The notes below the pieces were generated by a model. It made no database searches, was not told where the DNA came from, and was given only the letters and a program-made list of their open reading frames with translations. From Balanoglossus misakiensis (taxonomy: Eukaryota > Animalia > Hemichordata): 64,000 nucleotides of DNA. The position numbers and the translations under genes were made by a program. The stretch is taken from assembly GCA_040954595.2 (NCBI GenBank), contig CM082582.2:620001-684000 (forward strand), written 5' to 3'. Below, in pieces: positions 36,153 through 48,600 of the stretch. Within the stretch, counting starts at the first letter, position 1. Each line of letters begins with the position of its first letter.

Positions 36153-39100
36153 TATGAAATGGCTATTTTTTCTTGAATTCCGTCAATATCTCTGCATTTT
36201 TGGAGTGGTCGAAAGTTTTAACATACAATCAACATGTCATATATGATCAGGGCACCAAATTCGAAGAACGAAGGTTTTTTTATTTTATTTTTCTAAAAAT
36301 GACATTTTCAAGGAAAATTTGGTAAAACGCAATTTTGTCTGCAGTGAGCCAAATTAGACGGTCTTTTGTGGAATTGGTATCGATATATATATACGAAGAG
36401 CATTCTATACTCCATCAGATTTCCGAAAATGTAGAAAACAGGTATTTTTTGTAATTTTCAAAAATTTACCATTTTGACCAAATTGTGGTTAAAATTGTTA
36501 TTTTCGTGTTGAATGCCGCCAGTGTCACTGCTTTTAAAAGTCATAAAAACTTTTAACATGCAAGCAATTGCTTATATATGATCAGGTCACCGAATTAAAA
36601 AAATAAAGAATGTTTTGCCTAAAAATGACCTTTTTGGTGCAAAAACGAATAAAGCGCAATTTTGTATTAAATCAGCTCATTCAGAGTGCATTTTTTATAA
36701 TCAGCACCATTTTTACATATAATGGAAATTTCATACATCATCAGATATCCAAATATGAAAAAATGATTTAGATTTTAGATGATTGTCCAAAATTAGCTGA
36801 TATCTAATAAATGTAGTATTGAACCGTTCTGTCCCCCCCCCCCCCTACATTATATGCGGTACGCCGATGTCAGCTTACCCGGCAGTACTGCAGGCCGTGC
36901 CCCCAAATAACGTCGGTGTTTGAAACGCCCTGGTTAAATTCGGGCTTTCTCTATAAATTGACAGGCAATAATGCAGTCCTACCCGAACAAATGTCGAGTG
37001 TTGACCCGCTGTGACTTTCCCTCTTCGGTTTGCCCGACTTAGCCAACGTCTTTGTACTAATGTGTCGGGTCTTTTGCAGAGCCAGGCCGAAGGAAATCCG
37101 ACTTGATCACCGTTGCTAACGAACGCTAGTGTCTGTCATGGTGTGCCGGGGTTTTAGTCGAGCCAGGCCGTAGGAGATCTGACTTGATCATCGTGGTCAA
37201 TGTACGCGTGTTTCCGCTCTAAAGTGCCGGGGCTTCAGCTAAACCATGCCGTAGGAAATCTGGCGTAATCACCGTTGATAACTCACGCCAGTCTGTGTCA
37301 TATAGAGCCGGTGCACCAGCCGAGTCACGCCGTAGGAAATCTGACTTGATCAACGTGGTCAATGTACGCCTGTTTCTGCTCTAAAGTGCCGGGGCTTCAG
37401 CTGAGCCAGGCCGTAGGAAACCCGACGTGATTACCGTTGTTAACTTACGCCAGTCTGTGTCCTATATATAGTGCCGGGGCATCAGCCGTGCCAGGCCGAA
37501 GGAAATGTGAGTAGATCAACGTGGTCTCTGTACGCGTGTTTCTGCTCTAGAGTGTCAGGGCTTTAGCAAAGCCATGCCGTAGGAAATCTGACTTGATCAA
37601 CATTGCTAACGAACGCTAGTGTCTGTCATAGTGTGCCGGGGTTTTAGTCGAGCCAAGCCGTAGGAGATCAGACTTGATCAACGTGGTCTCTGTACGCGTG
37701 TTTCTGCTCTAGAGTGCCGGGGCTTTATCCAACTCATGCCGTTGAAAATCTGACTTGATCACCGTTGCTAACGTACGCTAGTGTCTGTCATATTGTGACG
37801 AGATTTAGCCGAGCCAGGCCGTTGAAAAATCGACTTGTTCAACGTTATCAGTGTGCAACTGTTTCTGCTCTAGAGTGTCAGGGTTTTAGCCGACTTATGC
37901 TGTAGGAAATCTGAGTTGATGAACGGGAATTCAATGTTAGAAAACCCGTGTGGAAAGTATCTCTACCCGTTTGAAACTAAGAAAAGAATTTATTCTTATT
38001 TATTTTTTAAAAAAGACAATTTTTCGAAAACAAGTCGAAAATGGTAATTTTGTCTTGGGTGATTCAAATTATACCACATTTTCTGGAATTTGCAGCACTT
38101 TTTACAAGAGAACGACACTTCATGCTCTATAATATTTCCGAAAATGAAGAAAAGAGTTTATTTTTTATGATTTTTTAAAAATGTACCATTTTGTCAAAAT
38201 ATGGCCAAAATGGCTATTTTTTCTTGAATTCCGTCAATATCTCTGCATTTTTGGAGTGGTCGAAAGTTTTAACATACAATCAGCATGTCATATATGATCA
38301 GGGCACCAAATTCGAAGAACGAAGGTTTTTTTATTTTATTTTTCTAAAAATGACATTTTCAAGGAAAATTTGGTAAAACGCAATTTTGTCTGCAGTAAGC
38401 CAAATTAGACGGTCTTTTGTGGAATTTGTATCGATATATATATACGAAGAGCATTCTATACTCCATCAGCTTTCCGAAAATGTAGAAAACAGGTATTTTT
38501 TGTAATTTTCAAAAATTTACCATTTTGACCAAATTGTGGTTAAAATTGTTATTTTCGTGTTGAATGCCGCCAGTGTCACTGCTTTTAAAAGTCATAAAAA
38601 CTTTTAACATGCAAGCAATTGCTTATATATGATCAGGCCACCGAATTAAAAAAATAAAGAATGTTTTGCCTAAAAATGACCTTTTTGGTGCAAAAACGAA
38701 TAAAACGCAATTTTTGTATTAAATCAGCTCATTCAGAGTGCATTTTTTATAATCAGCACCATTTTTACATAAATTGGAAATTTCATACATCATCAGATAT
38801 CCAAATATGAAAAAATGATTTAGATTTTAGATGATTGTCCAAAATTAGCTGATATCTAATAAATGTAGTATTGAACCGTTCTGTCCCCCACCCCCCTACA
38901 TTATATGCGGTACGCCGATGTCAGCTTACCCGGCAGTACTTCAGGCCGTGCCCCCAAATAACGTCGGTGTTTGAAACGCCCTGGTTAAATTCGGGCTTTC
39001 TCTATAAATTGACAGGCAATAATGCAGTCCTACCCGAACAAATGTCGAGTGTTGACCCGCTGTGACTTTCCCTCTTCGGTTTGCCCGACTTAGCCAACGT

Positions 39101-42013
39101 CTCTGTACTAATGTGTCGGGTCTTTTGCAGAGCCAGGCCGAAGGAAATCCGACTTGATCACCGTTGCTAACGAACGCTAGTGTCTGTCATGGTGTGCCGG
39201 GGTTTTAGTCGAGCCAGGCCGTAGGAGATCTGACTTGATCATCGTGGTCAATGTACGCGTGTTTCCGCTCTGAAGTGCCGGGGCTTCAGCTAAACCATGC
39301 CGTAGGAAATCCGGCGTAATCACCGTTGATAACTTACGCCAGTCTGTGTCATATAGAGCCGGTGCACCAGCCGAGTCACGCCGTAGGAAATCTGACTTGA
39401 TCAACGTGGTCACTGTACGCCTGTTTCTGCTCTAGAGTGCCGGGGCTTCATCTGAGCCAGACCGTAGGAAACCCGACGTGATTACCGTTGTTAACTTACG
39501 CCAGTCTGTGTCCTATATATAGTGCCGGGGCATCAGCCGTGCCAGGCCGAAGGAAATGTGAGTAGATCAACGTGGTCTCTGTACGCGTGTTTCTGCTCTA
39601 GAGTGCCGGGGCTTTATCCAAGCCATGCCGTAGAAAATCTGACTTGATCACCGTTGCTAACGTACGATAGTGTCTGTCATATTGTGACGGAGATTTAGCC
39701 GAGCCAGGCCGTAGAAAAATCGACTTGTTCAACGTTACCAGTGTGCAACTGTTTCTGCTCTAAAGTCTCAGGGTTTTAGCCGACTTATGCTGTAGGAAAT
39801 CTGAGTTGATGAACGGAAATTCAATGTTAGAAAACCCGTGTGGAAAGTATCTCTACCCGTTTGAAACTAAGAAAAGAATTTATTCTTATTTTTTTTCTAA
39901 AAATGACATTTTCAAGGAAAATTTGGTAAAACGCAATTTTGTCTGCAGTGAGCCAAATTAGATTGTCTTTTGTGGAATTTGTATCGATATATACATACGA
40001 AGAGCATTCTATACTCCATCAGATTTCCGAAAATGTAGAAAACAGGTATTTTTTGTAATTTTCAAAAATTTACCATTTTGACCAAATTATGGCTAAAATT
40101 GTTATTTTCGTGTTGAATGCCGCCAGTGTCACTGCTTTTAAAAGTCATAAAAACTTTTAACATACAAGCAATTGTTTATATATGATCAGGTCACCGAATT
40201 AAAAAAAATAAAGAATGTTTGGCCTAAAAATGACCTTTTTGGTGCAAAAACGAATAAAACGCAATTTTGTATTAAATAACCTCATTCAGAGTGCATTTTT
40301 TTATAATCAGCACCATTTTTACATATATTGGAAATTTCATACATCATCAGATATCCAAATATGAAAAAATGATTTAGATTTTAGATGATTGTCCAAAATT
40401 AGCTGATATCTAATAAATGTAGTATTGAACCGTTCTGTCCCCCCCCCCCCTTACATTATATGCGGTACGCCGATGTCAGCTTACCCGGCAGTACTGTGGG
40501 CCGTGCCCCCAACAAACGTCGGTGTTTGAAACGCCCTGGTTAAATTCGGGCTCTCTCTATAAATCGACAGGCAATAATGCAGTCCTACCGGAACAAATGT
40601 CGAGTGTTGACCCGCTGCGACTTTCCCTCTTCGGTTTGCCCAACTTAGCCAACGTCTTTGTACTAGAGTGTCGGGTCTTTTGCAGAGCCAGGCCGAAGGA
40701 AATCCGACTTGATCACCGTTGCTAACGAACGCTAGTGTCTGTCATGGTGTGCCGGGGTTTTAGTCGAGCCAGGCCGTAGGAGATCTGACTTGATCATCGT
40801 GGTCAATGTACGCGTGTTTCCGCTCTAAAGTGCCGGGGCTTCAGCTAAACCAGGCCGTAGGAAATCCGACGTAATCACCGTTGATAACTTACGCCAGTCT
40901 GTGTCATATAGAGCCGGTGCACCAGCCGAGTCACGCCGTAGGAAATCTGACTTGATCAACGTGGTCAATGTACGCCTGTTTCTGCTCTAGAGTGCCGGGG
41001 CTTCAGCTGAGCCAGGCCGTAGGAAACCCGACGTGATTACCGTTGTTAACTTACGCCAGTTTGTGTCCTATATATAGTGCCGGGGCATCAGCCGTGCCAG
41101 GCCGAAGGAAATGTGAGTAGATCAACGTGGTCTCTGTACGCGTGTTTCTGCTCTAGAGTGCCAGGGCTTTAGCCAAGCCATGCCGTAGGAAATCTGACTT
41201 GATCAACGTTGCTAACGAACGCTAGTGTCTGTCATAGTGTGCCGGGGTTTTAGTCGAGCCAAGCCGTAGGAGATCAGACTTGATCAACGTGGTCTCTGTA
41301 CGCGTGTTTCTGCTCTAGAGTGCCGGGGCTTTATCCAACCCATGCCGTAGAAAATCTGACTTGATCACCGTTGCTAACGTACGCTAGTGTCTGTCATATT
41401 GTGACGGAGATTTAGCCGAGCCAGGCCGTAGAAAAATCGACTTGTTCAACGTTACCAGTGTGCAACTGTTTCTGCTCTAGAGTGTCAGGGTTTTAGCCGA
41501 CTTATGCTGTAGGAAAACTGAGTTGATGAACGGGAATTCAATGTTAGAAAACCCGTGTGGAAAGTATCTCTACCCGTTTGAAACTAAGAAAAGAATTTAT
41601 TCTTATTTATTTTGTAAAAAAGACAATTTTTCGAAAAAAAAGTCGAAAAATTGCAATTTTGTCTTGGGTGATTCAAATTATACCGCCTTTTCTGGAATTT
41701 GCAGCACTTTTTACAAGAGAACGACACTTCATGCTCCATAATATTTCCGAAAATGAAGAAAAGAGTTAATTTTTTATGATTTTTCAAAAATTTACCATTT
41801 TTGTCACAATATGGCCAAAATGGCTATTTTTCTTGAATTCCGTCAATATCTCAGCATTTTTGGAGTAGTCGGGAGTTTTAACATACAATCAACATGTCAT
41901 ATATGATCAGGGCACCAAATTCGAAGAACAAAGGTTTTTTTTTTTTTTTCTAAAAATGACATTTTCAAGGAAAATTTGGTAAAACGCAATTTTGTCTGCA
42001 GTGAGCCAAATTA

Positions 42014-42315
42014 GACGGTCTTTTGTGGAAATTGTATCGATATATACATACGAAGAGCATTTTACACTCCATCAGATTTCCGAAAATGTAGAAAACAGGT
42101 ACTTTTTGTAAATTTCAAAAATTTACCATTTTGACTAAATTGTGGTTAAAATTGTTATTTTCGTGACGGTCTTTTGTGGAAATTGTATCGATATATACAT
42201 ACGAAGAGCATTTTACACTCCATCAGATTTCCGAAAATGTAGAAAACAGGTACTTTTTGTAAATTTCAAAAATTTACCATTTTGACTAAATTGTGGCTAA
42301 AATTGTTATTTTCGT
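42014..42315. repeat. 151-bp tandem duplication within one satellite unit
   Basis: GACGGTCTTTTGTGGAAATTG starts at both 42014 and 42165. Confidence 0.9.
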
Positions 42316-45300
42316 GATGAATGCCGCCAGTGTCACTGCTTTTAAAAGTCATAAAAACTTTTAACATACAAGCAATTGTTTATATATGATCAGGTCACCG
42401 AATTAAAAAAATAAAGAATGTTTTGCCTAAAAATGACCTTTTTGGTGCAAAAACGAATAAAACGCAATCTTGTATTAAATCAGTTCATTCAGAGTGCATG
42501 TTTTATAATAAGCACCAATTTTACATATAATGGAAATTTCATACATCATCAGATATCCAAATATGAAAAAATGATTTAGATTTTAGATGATTGTCCAAAA
42601 TTAGCTGATGTCTAATAAATGTAGTATTGAACCGTTCTGCCCCCCCCCCCCCTTACATTATATGCGGTACGCCGATGTCAGCTTACCCGGCAGTACTGTA
42701 GGCCGTGCCCCCAACAAACGTCGGTGTTTGAAACGCCCTGGTTAAATTCGGGCTCTCTCTATAAATCGACAGGCAATAATGCAGTCCTACCGGAACAAAT
42801 GTCAAGTGTTGAACCGCTGTGACTTTCCCTGTTCGTTTTGCCCGACTTAGCCAACGTCTTTGTACTAGAGTGTCGGGTCTTTTGCAGAGCCAGGCCGAAG
42901 GAAATCCGACTTGATCACCGTTGCTAACGAACGCTAGTGTCTGTCATGGTGTGCCGGTGTTTAGTCGAGCCAGGCCGTAGGAGATCTGACTTGATCATCG
43001 TGGTCAATGTACGCGTGTTTCCGCTCTAAAGTGCCGGGGCTTCAGGTAAACCAGGCCGTAGGAAATCCGACGTAATCACCGTTGATAACTTACGCCAGTC
43101 TGTGTCATATAGAGCCGGTGCACCAGCCGAGTCACGCCGTAGGAAATCTGACTTGATCAACGTGGTCACTGTACGCCTGTTTCTGCTCTAGAGTGCCGGG
43201 GCTTCAGCTGAGCCAGGCCGTAGGAAACCCGACGTGATTACCGTTGTTAACTTACGCCAGTCTGTGTCCTATATATAGTGCCGGGGCATCAGCCGTGCCA
43301 GGCCGAAGGAAATGTGAGTAGATCAACGTGGTCTCTGTACGCGTGTTTCTGCTCTAGAGTGCCAGGGCTTTAGCCAAGCCATGCCGTAGGAAATCTGACT
43401 TGATCAACGTTGCTAACGAACGTTAGTGTCTGTCATAGTGTGCCGGGGTTTTAGTCGAGCCAAGCCGTAGGAGATCAGACTTGATCAACGTGGTCTCTGT
43501 ACGCGTGTTTCTGCTCTAGAGTGCCGGGGCTTTATCCGAGCTATGCCGTAGAAAATCTGACTTGATCACCGTTGCTAACTTACGCTAGTGTCTGTCATAT
43601 TGTGACGGAGATTTAGCCGAGCCAGGCCGTAGAAAAATCGACTTTTTCAACGTTACCAGTGTGCAACTGTTTCTGCTCTAGAGTGTCAGGGTTTTAGCCG
43701 ACTTGTGCTGTAGGAAATCTGAGTTGATGAACGGGAATTCAATGTTAGAAAACCCGTGTGTAAAGTATCTCTACCCGTTTGAAACTAAGAAAAGAATTTA
43801 TTCTTATTTATTTTGTAAAACAAGACAATTTTTCGAAAAAAAGTCGAAAATGGTAATTTTCTCTTGGGTCATTCAAATTATACCGCCTTTTCTGGAATTT
43901 GCAGCACTTTTTACAAGAGAACGACACTTCATGCTCCATAATATTTCCGAAAATGAAGAAAAGAGTTAATTTTTTATGATTTTTTAAAAAATTACCATTT
44001 TTGTCAAAATATGGCCAAAATGGCAATTTTTTCTTGAATTCCGTCAATATCTCTGCATTTTTGGAGTGGTCGAAAGTTTTAACATACAATCAACATGTCA
44101 TATATGATCAGGGCACCAAATTCGAAGAACAAAGTTTTTTTTAGATTTTTTTCTAAAAATGACATTTTCAAGGAACATTTGGTAAAACGCAATTTTGTCT
44201 GCAGTGAGCCAAATTAGATTGTCTTTTGTGGAATTTGTATCGATATATACATACGAAGAGCATTCTATACTCCATCAGATTTCCGAAAATGTAGAAAACA
44301 GGTATTTTTTGTAATTTTCAAAAATTTACCATTCTGACCAAATTATGGCTAAAATTGTTATTTTCGTGTTGAATGCCGCCAGTGTCACTGCTTTTAAAAG
44401 TCATAAAAACTTTTAACATACAAGCCATTCTTTATATATGATCAGGTCACCGAATTAAAAAAATAAAGAATGTTTTGCCTAAAAATGACCTTTTAGGTGC
44501 AAAAACGAATAAAACGTAATTTTGTATTAAATCAGTTCATTCAGAGTGCATTTTTTATAATCAGCACCATTTTTACATATAATGGAAATTTCATACATCA
44601 TCAGATATCCAAATATGAAAAAATGATTTAGATTTTAGATGATTGTCCAAAATTAGCTGATATCTAATAAATGTAGTATTGAACCGTTCTGTTTCCCCCC
44701 CCCCCCTATATTATATGCGGTACGCCGATGTCAGCTTACCCGGCAGTACTGCAGGCCGTGCCCCCAACTAACGTCGGTGTTTGTAACGCCCTGGTTAAAT
44801 TCGGGCTTTCTCTATAAATTGACAGGCAATAATGCAGTCCTACCCGAACAAATGTCGAGTGTTGACCCGCTGTGACTTTCCCTCTTCGGTTTGCCCGACT
44901 TAGCCAACGTCTTTGTACTAGAGTGTCGGGTCTTTTGCAGAGCCAGGCCGAAGGAAATCCGACTTGATCACCGTTGCTAACGAACGCTACTGTCTGTCAT
45001 GGTGTGCCGGGGTTTTAGTCGAGCCAGGCCGTAGGAGATCTGCCTTGATCATCGTGGTCAATGTACGCGTGTTTCCGCTCTAAAGTGCCGGGGCTTCAGC
45101 TAAACCAGGCCGTAGGAAATCCGACGTAATCACCGTTGATAACTTACGCCAGTCTGTGTCATATAGAGCCGGTTCACCAGCCGAGTCACGCCGTAGGAAA
45201 TCTGACTTGATCAACGTGGTCAATGTACGCCTGTTTCTGCTCTAGAGTGCCGGGGCTTCAGCTGAGCCAGGCCGTAGGAAACCCGACGTGATTACCGTTG

Positions 45301-45478
45301 TTAACTTACGCCAGTCTGTGTCCTATATATAGTGCCGGGGCATCAGCCGTGCCAGGCCGAAGGAAATGTTAGTCGATCAACGTGGTCTCTGTACGCGTGT
45401 TTCTGCTCTAGAGTGTCAGGGCTTTAGCAAAGCCATGCCGTAGGAAATCTGACTTGATCAACGTTGCTAACGAACGCT

Positions 45479-45668
45479 CAATATTTTTAAGCGTAATTTG
45501 AAAACATACCTTTTTACTCGGTTTTATGTGTAACGTGTTCGATTGTGTCCTTTTAACTATTTTTACCAGCCTTGTATTTTTTAATCTACTGTTTTAGCTG
45601 TGCACAATGCGCTGAGACGTATGTGTAGCGCATTTTAAACAATTCTTAATAATAATAATAATAATAAT
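45479..45668 (+). mobile_element. 5'-truncated L2/CR1-group LINE 3' end with (AAT)n tail and 6-bp target-site duplication
   Basis: Flanked by AACGCT (45473-78 and 45669-74), which is single in empty units. Encodes NIFKRNLKTYLFTRFYV*, the FKxxLKTxLF C-terminus typical of L2-type ORF2. 3' stem AATGCGCT...AGCGCATT, then an AAT tail. Confidence 0.85.
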
Positions 45669-48600
45669 AACGCTAGTGTCTGTCATAGTGTGCCGGGGTT
45701 TTAGTCGAGCCAAGCCGTAGGAGATCAGACTACATCAACGTGGTCTCTGTACGCGTGTTTCTGCTCTAGAGTGCCGGGGCTTTATCCAAGCCATGCCGTA
45801 GAAAATCTGACTTGATCACCGTTGCTAACGTACGCTAGTGTCTGTCATATTGTGACGGAGATTTTGCCGAGCCAGGCCGTAGAAAAATCGACTTGTTCAA
45901 CGTTACCAGTGTGCAACTGTTTCTGCTCTAGAGTGTCTGGGTTTTAGCCGACTTATGCTGTAGGAAATCTGAGTTGATGAACGGGAATTCAATGTTAGAA
46001 AACCCGTGTGGAAAGTATCTCTACCCGTTTGAAACTAAGAAAAGAATTTATTCTTATTTATTTTGTAAAAAAGACAATTTTTCGAAAACAAGTCGAAAAT
46101 GGTAATTTTGTCTTGGGTGATTCAAATTATACCACATTTTCTGGAATTTGCAGCACTTTTTACAAGAGAACGACACTTCATGCTCCATAATATTTCCGAA
46201 AATGAAGAAAAGAGTTTTATTTTTTATGATTTTTTAAAAATGTACCATTTTGTCAAAATATGGCCAAAATGGCTATTTTTTCTTGAATTCCGTCAATATC
46301 TCTGCATTTTTGGTGTGGTCGAAAGTTTTAACATACAATCAACATGTCATATATGATCAGGGCACCAAATTCGAAGAACGAAGGTTTTTTTATTTTATTT
46401 TTCTAAAAATGACATTTTCAAGGAAAATTTGGTAAAACGCAATTTTGTCTGCAGTGAGCCAAATTAGACGGTCTTTTGTGGAATTGGTATCGATATATAT
46501 ATACGAAGAGCATTCTATACTCCATCAGATTTCCGAAAATGTAGAAAACAGGTATTTTTGTAATTTTCAAAAATTTACCATTTTAACCAAATTGTGGTTA
46601 AAATTGTTATTTTCGTGTTGAATGCCGCCAGCGTCACTGCTTTTAAAAGTCATAAAAACTTTTAACATGCAAGCAATTGCTTATATATGATCAGGTCACC
46701 GAATTAAAAAAATAAAGAATGTTTTGCCTAAAAATGACCTTTTTGGTGCAAAAACGAATAAAACGCAATTTTGTATTAAATCAGCTCATTCAGAGTGCAT
46801 TTTTTATAATCAGCACCATTTTTACATATAATGGAAATTTCATACATCATCAGATATCCAAATATGAAAAAATGATTTAGATTTTAGATGATTGTCCAAA
46901 ATTAGCTGATATCTAATAAATGTAGTATTGAACCGTTCTGTCCCCCCCCCCCCCCTACATTATATGCGGTACGCCGATGTCAGCTTACCCGGCAGTACTG
47001 CAGGCCGTGCCCCCAAATAACGTCGGTGTTTGAAACGCCCTGGTTAAATTCGGGCTTTCTCTATAAATTGACAGGCAATAATGCAGTCCTACCCGAACAA
47101 ATGTCGAGTGTTGACCCGCTGTGACTTTCCCTCTTCGGTTTGCCCGACTTAGCCAACGTCTTTGTACTAATGTGTCGGGTCTTTTGCAGAGCCAGGCCAA
47201 AGGAAATCCGACTTGATCACCGTTGCTAACGAACGCTAGTGTCTGTCATGGTGTGCCGGGGTTTTAGTCGAGCCAGGCCGTAGGAGATCTGACTTGATCA
47301 TCGTGGTCAATGTACGCGTGTTTCCGCTCTAAAGTGCCGGGGCTTCAGCTAAACCATGCCGTAGGAAATCCGGCGTAATCACCGTTGATAACTCACGCCA
47401 GTCTGTGTCATATAGAGCCAGTGCACCAGCCGAGTCACGCCGTAGGAAATCTGACTTGATCAACTTGGTCAATGTACGCCTGTTTCTGCTCTAAAGTGCC
47501 GGGGCTTTAGCTAAACCATGCCGTAGGAAATCCGACGTAATCACCGTTGATAACTTACGCCAGTCTGTGTCATATAGAGCCGGTGCACCAGCCGAGTCAC
47601 GCCGTAGGAAATCTGACTTGATCAACGTGGTCAATGTACGCCTGTTTCTGCTCTAGAGTGCCGGGGCTTCAGCTGAGCCAGGCCGTAGGAAACCCGACGT
47701 GATTACCGTTGTTAACTTACGCCAGTCTGTGTCCTATATATAGTGCCGGGGCATCAGCCGTGCCAGGCCGAAGGAAATGTGAGTAGATCAACGTTGCTAA
47801 CGAACGCTAGTGTCTGTCATATTGTGACGGAGATTTTGCCGAGCCAGGCCGTAGAAAAATCGACTTGTTCAACGTTACCAGTGTGCAACTGTTTCTGCTC
47901 TAGAGTGTCTGGGTTTTAGCCGACTTATGCTGTAGGAAATCTGAGTTGATGAACGGGAATTCAATGTTAGAAAACCCGTGTGGAAAGTATCTCTACCCGT
48001 TTGAAACTAAGAAAAGAATTTATTCTTATTTATTTTGTAAAAAAGACAATTTTTCGAAAACAAGTCGAAAATGGTAATTTTGTCTTGGGTGATTCAAATT
48101 ATACCACATTTTCTGGAATTTGCAGCACTTTTTACAAGAGAACGACACTTCATGCTCCATAATATTTCCGAAAATGAAGAAAAGAGTTTTATTTTTTATG
48201 ATTTTTTAAAAATGTACCATTTTGTCAAAATATGGCCAAAATGGCTATTTTTTCTTGAATTCCGTCAATATCTCTGCATTTTTGGAGTGGTCGAAAGTTT
48301 TAACATACAATCAACATGTCATATATGATCAGGGCACCAAATTCGAAGAACGAAGGTTTTTTTATTTTATTTTTCTAAAAATGACATTTTCAAGGAAAAT
48401 TTGGTAAAACGCAATTTTGTCTGCAGTGAGCCAAATTAGACGGTCTTTTGTGGAATTGGTATCGATATATATATACGAAGAGCATTCTATACTCCATCAG
48501 ATTTCCGAAAATGTAGAAAACAGGTATTTTTTGTAATTTTCAAAAATTTACCATTTTAACCAAATTGTGGTTAAAATTGTTATTTTCGTGTTGAATGCCG

